The notes beneath the pieces were generated by a model that saw nothing but the letters and a program-made list of their open reading frames with translations, was not told where the DNA came from and ran no database searches. Source: Fimbriosthenelais zetlandica (lineage: Eukaryota). From it: a stretch of 64,000 nucleotides of DNA. This document shows, piece after piece, positions 1-64,000 of this stretch; position 1 is the stretch's first letter, and every line of letters starts with the position of its first letter. The stretch is from the NCBI GenBank assembly GCA_977030845.1, contig OZ365118.1, positions 3,968,001-4,032,000 on the forward strand, written 5' to 3'. The position numbers and the translations under genes are program-made.

Positions 1-3000
1 TGATGAGATAAGTTGGTTGATCAAAGCTCGTTAGGGTGAAAAGCGTAGGGTATGACTGATGAGAGGCTAGAACTGAGTATATACACATGCTGGGTCTTCA
101 CTGGAAGGCTGGAGCAAGCAAGGCACACTACACAACAAATAGAAATGAAAGTATAAGAATGAAATGAATACAACTAAAAGACATGCCAGGAGCTCATTTC
201 AAAACAGATATACGCAATAACAATATCTGTTTCGGAATCAGCTCCAAATGATAAATTGAAATGGGGATAAAGTATAGAATTAATGCAAAAGAAGATAGAA
301 GGTGCAGGGAAATATGGATATGGAAATAATATAGCAAAAGTAAGGTAAGGCACAACACTCAGATAGACAATACAGCTTGTAAGCAGATTAATAAAGTAAG
401 TAAGAAGAAGGCACAAGAAATAAATAAAGTATCAAGATGTATGAGATATAATGATAGGGGTGGGGAGCTGGTTCATCAGAACTCTCTCTATGATTGTAAG
501 AAGGATATATCAGATGATACCTGCATGTACAAGAATCCCCCACACGGTAACTCACGTTTCATTAAAGAACCATTCTCTCTGGCTAGAATTCATCATGCAT
601 CGGAAGGGATTTGCTTAATGAGAGACTGATTGTATTAGGCTGGAATAATACACGGGCGATGGTGGCAACCAGACCCTGATGAACGGCTTCAGGCGCTGCA
701 AGAAGAAGAAGAGTCAAAGCCACTTTTACATGTTTTTTGTAAAATAACGAAGGTACTGTTTATTACAGATAAAAGTGAGTGACAACAAGTGAGGATGATG
801 GTACAGTAGTGTGTACTTGTCTGTTATTGTCAGCTATATTAATCTTCCCTCGGTATATAAGATTCACATTTATAATGCACTCTTATGAATACAAATTAAA
901 TGTGAGTAAAGACTGACAAGGGCAGATGAATCCGACCTGGGCTCATTAAATGGTCTCAGCTAGTTTTAGTATTAATTACAAGATGAGTGCCCGGTCTATG
1001 TCAGCTCGCGCGGCTGATACCTGAAGTCTTTTCTGTACTTTCTACATGAGATAGTAGTGTCAGTTGTTGGGACTAACCGACCAAACAAAACTGTTGACAG
1101 ACAATTGTGTACATTTTCCATGCCATATATAACCAAACTTTACCAAAAAATGGAACTTACATCGATTTATACACATCATTATCAAGTATCTAATGGAGGT
1201 TGGATTAGGTTCGTGAGTGATAATTATCCAATATTTGATCTGAAAAAACATTCCTATTGTCAGTACCATGAAGACTAGCTAATTGATGTATGTACAGAAT
1301 GAGCATGACAACCTTTATGTGTTCAATGTCTAACAACACTGAGTGAGAAGAAATGAGCCCCAGTGAAAATAGTCACATTCATCAGCGAGTTCCATATTAT
1401 AAAAGTTGACAGCCAAGCCAGGATGTAGGGAAGGGGTGAGTGGGGGAAGAATCACAAAGCTACTGCTTCATATACATCGCTGGTTGAGAGTCAAACCAAA
1501 CCTATAATCTATCTGATAACATCTTATCATAATGTTAAAATAACACTTACAATTAGGTTTACATAAACGTACTTAATCTGTAAAAAGCTTAAGTAATTGT
1601 GAAGTAACTTGAGATGGCTTACCATATTGGTATAAACTGAAACATACAAGAACAATTCCTAAAGAAACGTCCGATATCAAACGTGGTCTCGGGGGTGCAA
1701 GGGGTTCGAGGGGTGGGCAAAAAACTTCTCAAAGGGTTTTAATATAAGCACATTAACAAAGGTTATTCCGTAATGTTAACGTACAGTTGATTAGCGTCCA
1801 AAAAACTTGCAACAAATGGGAGCCTGAGTTTGCCAATCATTTGAGTGTGGAGGGGTAGATTCATATCAATCTGATATAAAAACGATCGCCTTATGTTTTA
1901 ATTTTCAATCAAAAATTCAGGATGAAGTCCATAATTTTGAATTGAAAATATAATCTTGAGAATTTCTCATAATTTTTTTTTCGATCTAGAGGGTCGAAAG
2001 GGTGTCCCCAAAGCTCGTTTTAGTACCGTTATTCTGGCGAGAGAATAGTACGCTCTCCATATTCAAAACATTGGTCTTGCACGGTGATAAAAAGCTATGA
2101 TACACAGTGCTAAGCTATGTGTGAATATGAATGTATAACCTGTACAGTAATGTACATCTTGATACAGAACAAAGTATCACGAGATAACAACGAGTTTCAT
2201 GTACAAAGACCTATTATCATTGTGACTGCGTGAATGACAATTGTTACCCGTTAACCTGCTTGTTACCACATAGAGTAATCATACTATAAACTGATCATTA
2301 ACTTAGATCTTACATGATGTAACCCAGCAGGTACACGACAAAATACCAACCAAAAACAGAAACAAAATCAACATGCATCGGTATAAACTATGTACATGAG
2401 AGCATGCTGCAGCTCATGTACAATTGCCAAAACGTGATTATAATATAAGAACTTAAAGAATCGTCATTGAACTGGCATCTTGTAACCACATTGAGCTTTG
2501 TGTCATCGCTGGATTCTTCGTAAGCATTTTACAATGGCAACAGATATGTCAATTGTCTAGAATTGCCTTTTATGAACGTGTTAAAAAGCTTTACGTAGAT
2601 ATATGTACAAAGATCAGCAATATGGCATTGTAGTCTAAAGGTAAGCAGCTGGTTCCTTTCTACTCTCAGACTTATCGAAAGGGTATACATATATAAAACA
2701 CCTTTCCATACCAGACAATGAACTACTTGTTGGTGATCAATCCAAAAAATTGTCATTTTTACACGAAGTAGAACCATATATCTTGTTCTCTGGTTCAGTG
2801 TCCTTTCATGAAGGTCTTGAAGGAAATATTTAGCAGTAGTAAAAGACCTTCGCAATTCAACAATGGTCGTAGAAGTTGATCTAGAGTCACCTGTGAATGC
2901 ATAGAGCCAGTGTTCGGCTTTGAATGCAGTGGGAGAAGTTTAAAAGTTCATTTTTCTCCTGTTATAATGTTCTCAGGACCAGCTGGGAGTGGCTAGCCTT

Positions 3001-4015
3001 CGCTAGCCTTGGTCCATTGTTTATCCGGCGTTGTCTAGCCTGCGCTAGCTTTGGTCCATCGGTTGTTGTAAGGTTGACTGGCGTTGTCTAGCCTACACTT
3101 GCTGGCCGCCATGTTGGATTTTGAGCCACTTCCGGTGGCATGGCTGGTGTAGTTGCCAACATTTGGGCGTTGTTTCCAGGTATATATCTAGTGTTTATGA
3201 GTATTAGAAAGTGCCATGTGTAGGGGCAAGCCTTGATCTCTCGACATAGGGAGTATAAGACACTGATATGTATCAATGGTTCTACACACGACAGCCTACA
3301 AATGGGGAGGTCTCCTCTCTCACATCTCTCTCTCAATCTTCCTCTCTCTCTCGTTCTCTTCAGTTTGTTCGCATTCATTACCATACCTCCCCATCTGGCT
3401 TGAAGCAGTCCATTTTAAATCCAATGAAGCCCAGTTTTAGAGGGCTTGAAGTGTCTTTGTTTTTCATGACAGTTGTATTTTCATGTTTCTTTAATCAGGG
3501 TCTTGTGTCGTAAGAAAAAACAATCAGTTGACAGTGGGTACCAAATGTGCCCAAGATTATCTTCGGGAATATCTTCGTAGTAAAGGGTAACGGTTTTTCT
3601 TTGTAATCAATTTAGCGCACAAAAAGTCAGAGATAATATCTGGCGTGATGAGGAATGTACATGATTCAAAACACAACAGAGATGATGACGGATAAGTCCA
3701 TTTTGAATGACGTCACCAATCCTTGCGTTCTGCGTCATACTTGAGTGTGAGTATTGCCTTCTGAGTAACTATCCAAACTGATCACCTGTGATGGTGCTTG
3801 ATAGGTGTACTGAAATATAGACAACATGTGAAGCGAGGTGTCATTTAATGTTAGTGGTGGAATAACGTATACGATACCATCACTAGACTGGCCAATCCTT
3901 CATTACAACGTGTCGCAGCCAAGACCATTACAATAGGCAGAGTTGGCACTATATTCACTGGTTTAACTAATCAGTTATATCTACTTTCAAGTTGGAAATT
4001 GAAATTTCTTCGATG

Positions 4016-4021
4016 TTTATT
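4016..4021 (-). other. Candidate polyadenylation signal AATAAA (3' UTR about 1.15 kb)
   Basis: First minus-strand AATAAA I found downstream of the stop at 5171; another at 759-764. No transcript evidence. Confidence 0.35.
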
Positions 4022-5170
4022 TTTTCAACTGATAATTGCTTTAAATGTAGTATTACGGCTCTAATGGCACTAATAATTCTGTTAATTAATGTTATTTGAT
4101 CTTTAAATGATAGTATAAATGAGATAACTAGTTCAGGTTCTATGAATAAGGTAAAAATTGATCAAAAAGAGCAGTATCAAGCATCTAATTGATAAGCATC
4201 TACATTGAGGGAAGGAAGGAGCAGGGAAGGGTGAGGGTAGGGGGGTGGAGCATGCAGGTAAAGGTGGATAACGCTGACTCTGTTTAGGACAATAGGAGGA
4301 TCACTTCTATGGCTGAGACCAGTGAAAGTGACCCCTGTCCAGAACAACCATGCTTCCCCTAACTAAAGAAGGGATAACCAGATCTTGTATTCTTAACATG
4401 TAGTCGTATCCACGACACTTTGTGGAAAAAGCAGCGGCAATATTCTCTATTAATTTCTAAGCAAAACTTTTGCATCAAAATACAAAATTTGGACTGCAAA
4501 TTCCCTCCACAAACATGGAAGGATGTATTCTAAGTGTTATGGAAATTATCCACAAAGGGATGTTTTCCTTCGATAAAAGAAAATTTCTCTTAAAATTGGG
4601 AGATTTGAACAAATATTCATTAGAAATGTCCATGAGGATTTCTCTGTGAATAGTTGTCCATTTGACATTCCAATAAGGTAAAAGGCACGCCTCTTCACCG
4701 AAAATCAAATAGTCAAGAGGAAGAAAATCCTCAGTTCTTGACGAATGGTCTGAGTGACCCTTTATGTGCTATATAAACTCCATCATCTAGAACCAAGACA
4801 TCCAATAATAGCAATAGACAAATCACGTGTGATCATAGGCTCTCAAATTCATTAAAGAATCAACATGTCAAACATGTGTCCACTCTATGACTTAAAAGGC
4901 AAACTGGTCAATCAGTCATTGATGCGTAAATATTCACATGAATCTCACAGTGAATATGCCATCAATTTTCTCCAAAAACAGAATTGGCAAACACACGGGA
5001 AAAATATATGAGAGACTTTTGGAATCATAATCATGGAAGATGATGATGCTCAATAACATTAAATATGTAACATTAAAAAGGTGGAGGGGTGTCTACGACC
5101 ACACTTAGGGAATCTAAGATCAGTTATATCGGTCAATAGGTACCCTTTGCTTGCCGCTGTAAATCTCTCG

Positions 5171-62109
<56,939 letters not shown>

Positions 62110-62610
62110 TTTGGCGGCTGCAACTGCTTTTCCTTTTAAAACACTTTTCCTTGCTTTCTCTCCTTCTGTCTTCTCCACACCCTCTCTTTCTCTCCTTTAC
62201 CTCGCGGGGTACCGTTTATGGCACATTGACAATTTTTTACACAAGAAAAGAGTGGCTGGTGAGAAGATAGTGGGCTCTGTGGGATGGAGCCGGGGCGGGT
62301 CCCCGCGCCAGGCGGTCTGAGGACCACTCACATGTTAACAGTCGGGGTAAAGTTCCATCGCTCGAAGCCCAGACGTCCTCGTCCTCCAGGCCTGGACACA
62401 TTTTCTTCTTCTTCCTCCACGTTCACCTCCACCTCCTCCTCCTGCACCTCCTCCTCCTGCGCGTCCTGTGCAGGTATGTTGGGCTGGTCTGTCCTCCTCC
62501 CTGTCTCTGCCTTTCCCGCCTTCTCCAGGCGTTTCACCGCCTCCAACCACGGGACGCGCCTCCTTCTCCTCACTCCAACACTACCTTCTTGCTTTTCGGC
62601 AGCCACTCAA

Positions 62611-62622
62611 TGCGCATGCGCA
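62611..62622. promoter_or_regulatory. Perfect NRF1/Ewg palindrome TGCGCATGCGCA about 500 bp upstream of the ATG
   Basis: Exact match to the NRF1 consensus, at the edge of a GC/CpG-richer 5' region; function untested. Confidence 0.55.
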
Positions 62623-64000
62623 AAGGAGATCCAGTAACGATCAGAGTGGGTGCGTGAATGTGTAGATAGATGCCCTCCACCTTATACTCTATCATTAAGA
62701 GTATCCCTGTCACTTATTAATGTTCACTAATGCTCACTAAATCCTGATATCTACCTAGATCCATTCAAGTCACATTTTAATTGAGCCATGACACTACTAT
62801 ACTGCACCACACCAAGAATGTGTGAAGAATCTGAGCATCCCAGGAGCCCAGGAACTGAATGCCTGCACCGGTTGGTCCAGCCTCATGGACCTCATCGCCA
62901 GGCAAGGTGGCACCACCATCTAGCTGGCACTGTCGTAGTGGTTATAGTATGGGAGCAGTAGCAGCAGACCACCTTCACCCATACCGCAGTAGTTCCTCTC
63001 TCCTCGGCTCACCCTCTCTCAATGAATAGATAATATGGTTACACACGGGCTGTGGCCAACACAGAGCACCACACATCGGTCGGGGCAGAGAATGAGAGGA
63101 GAGAGAGAGAAAGGGGCTCCCCTACACAGCATCATACACATGTGTCCTCTCTCCTCCCTCCCTCCATCTCCACCTCCCATACCATCTCTCTCCCTCTCCA
63201 TCCCTCCCCCATCTCTTCCTCCCATCTCCCTCCCCCCCCATCTCTATCCTTCATTCTTTCACTCATCAGTACAACTAAAATTATTATGTCCATCCTGCTT
63301 AAACAACATTTCAGACCTTAATTAAATACCTCAGCAGAGTGACTTATTTTCTATTATTCAAATATAAGCATAAAGGCGACAATTATGACAGGCCTACATA
63401 GGTTATGACAGGAGGTATATGACACCAAGGGGAAGCCATATACAAGGATATGAAGCCACCTCGCACTCATCACATAAAAAAATCTCATATCCGTGCAATG
63501 TATCACATTAAAACTGATAATTATTAAAGGCAAAGCCCAAGCAATCACAAATGAATGAAAGCCCAAATGACTACAAACACAGATGAAGAAATTAATAGAT
63601 GTTGAATAAAGAGACGATTCGGTGACATAGGATGATATATGGAGTCATGTTTAAAGCATGTTTAAAATATTCAACAGGTGTCAGGGGGGGGGGGGTGGTT
63701 TCATAATGTAGATGAGCATGATGAGGTCATGTATAATGTATGGGTATATAATGCGCGGGGTTATGAGACAGACCCCGGGCTGTGACTGGAGGCTATATGA
63801 TGATGGTGAATGCCATCTCAAGTCAATATAGTAGATTTATACGGCCATCTGTTACCGCCGCGCCTCTAGCGGCGGTACTCGGTACATCACGAGGCCAGGG
63901 GTAGATTAATGTATTCCTTAACTAACCCGAGCTACCAGGCTGTCCTTTATCAAGTCATGCTTCATTATAGCCGAGATCCACAGCTAATTTATAATCATCT

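Noticed and set aside
62328-62606. 92-aa acidic ORF upstream of the start as an N-terminal extension
   Set aside because: GTG start, low-complexity GAG repeats, ends in a stop, and splicing via the 62331 donor does not reach the receptor frame.

Overview
Eukaryotic (animal, probably lophotrochozoan/protostome) genomic DNA. It contains one complete 16-exon AMPA-type ionotropic glutamate receptor gene (GRIA/GluA-like) on the minus strand, with CDS 62109->5171, 2772 nt, 923 aa. I assembled the gene by hand: all introns are GT-AG and all phases are compatible. Seven coding exons (1, 5, 9, 15, 16 fully or in the right frame) are absent from the supplied ORF track. Q/R-site codon is genomic Gln, there is a single flip/flop-homologous exon, and the C-tail is GluA4-like, ending in a class I PDZ motif (-SLV). 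Introns hold an intact tRNA-derived SINE with 13-bp TSD, a small TIR element (MITE-like), about 8 minisatellites and several purine/pyrimidine tracts. The most unusual observations: (1) tandem arrays sit hard against exon boundaries, and two of them are built from splice-site-like units (a 7x donor-mimic array after exon 4; a ~29x acceptor-mimic array before exon 16); (2) a possible degenerate R/G-editing hairpin; (3) a series of RFX X-boxes in introns 1 and 3; (4) a perfect NRF1 palindrome upstream; (5) dense TCAAGGTCA (ERR/NR5A) clusters. No prokaryotic features or CRISPR. All homology statements are from recalled family knowledge, not database searches.
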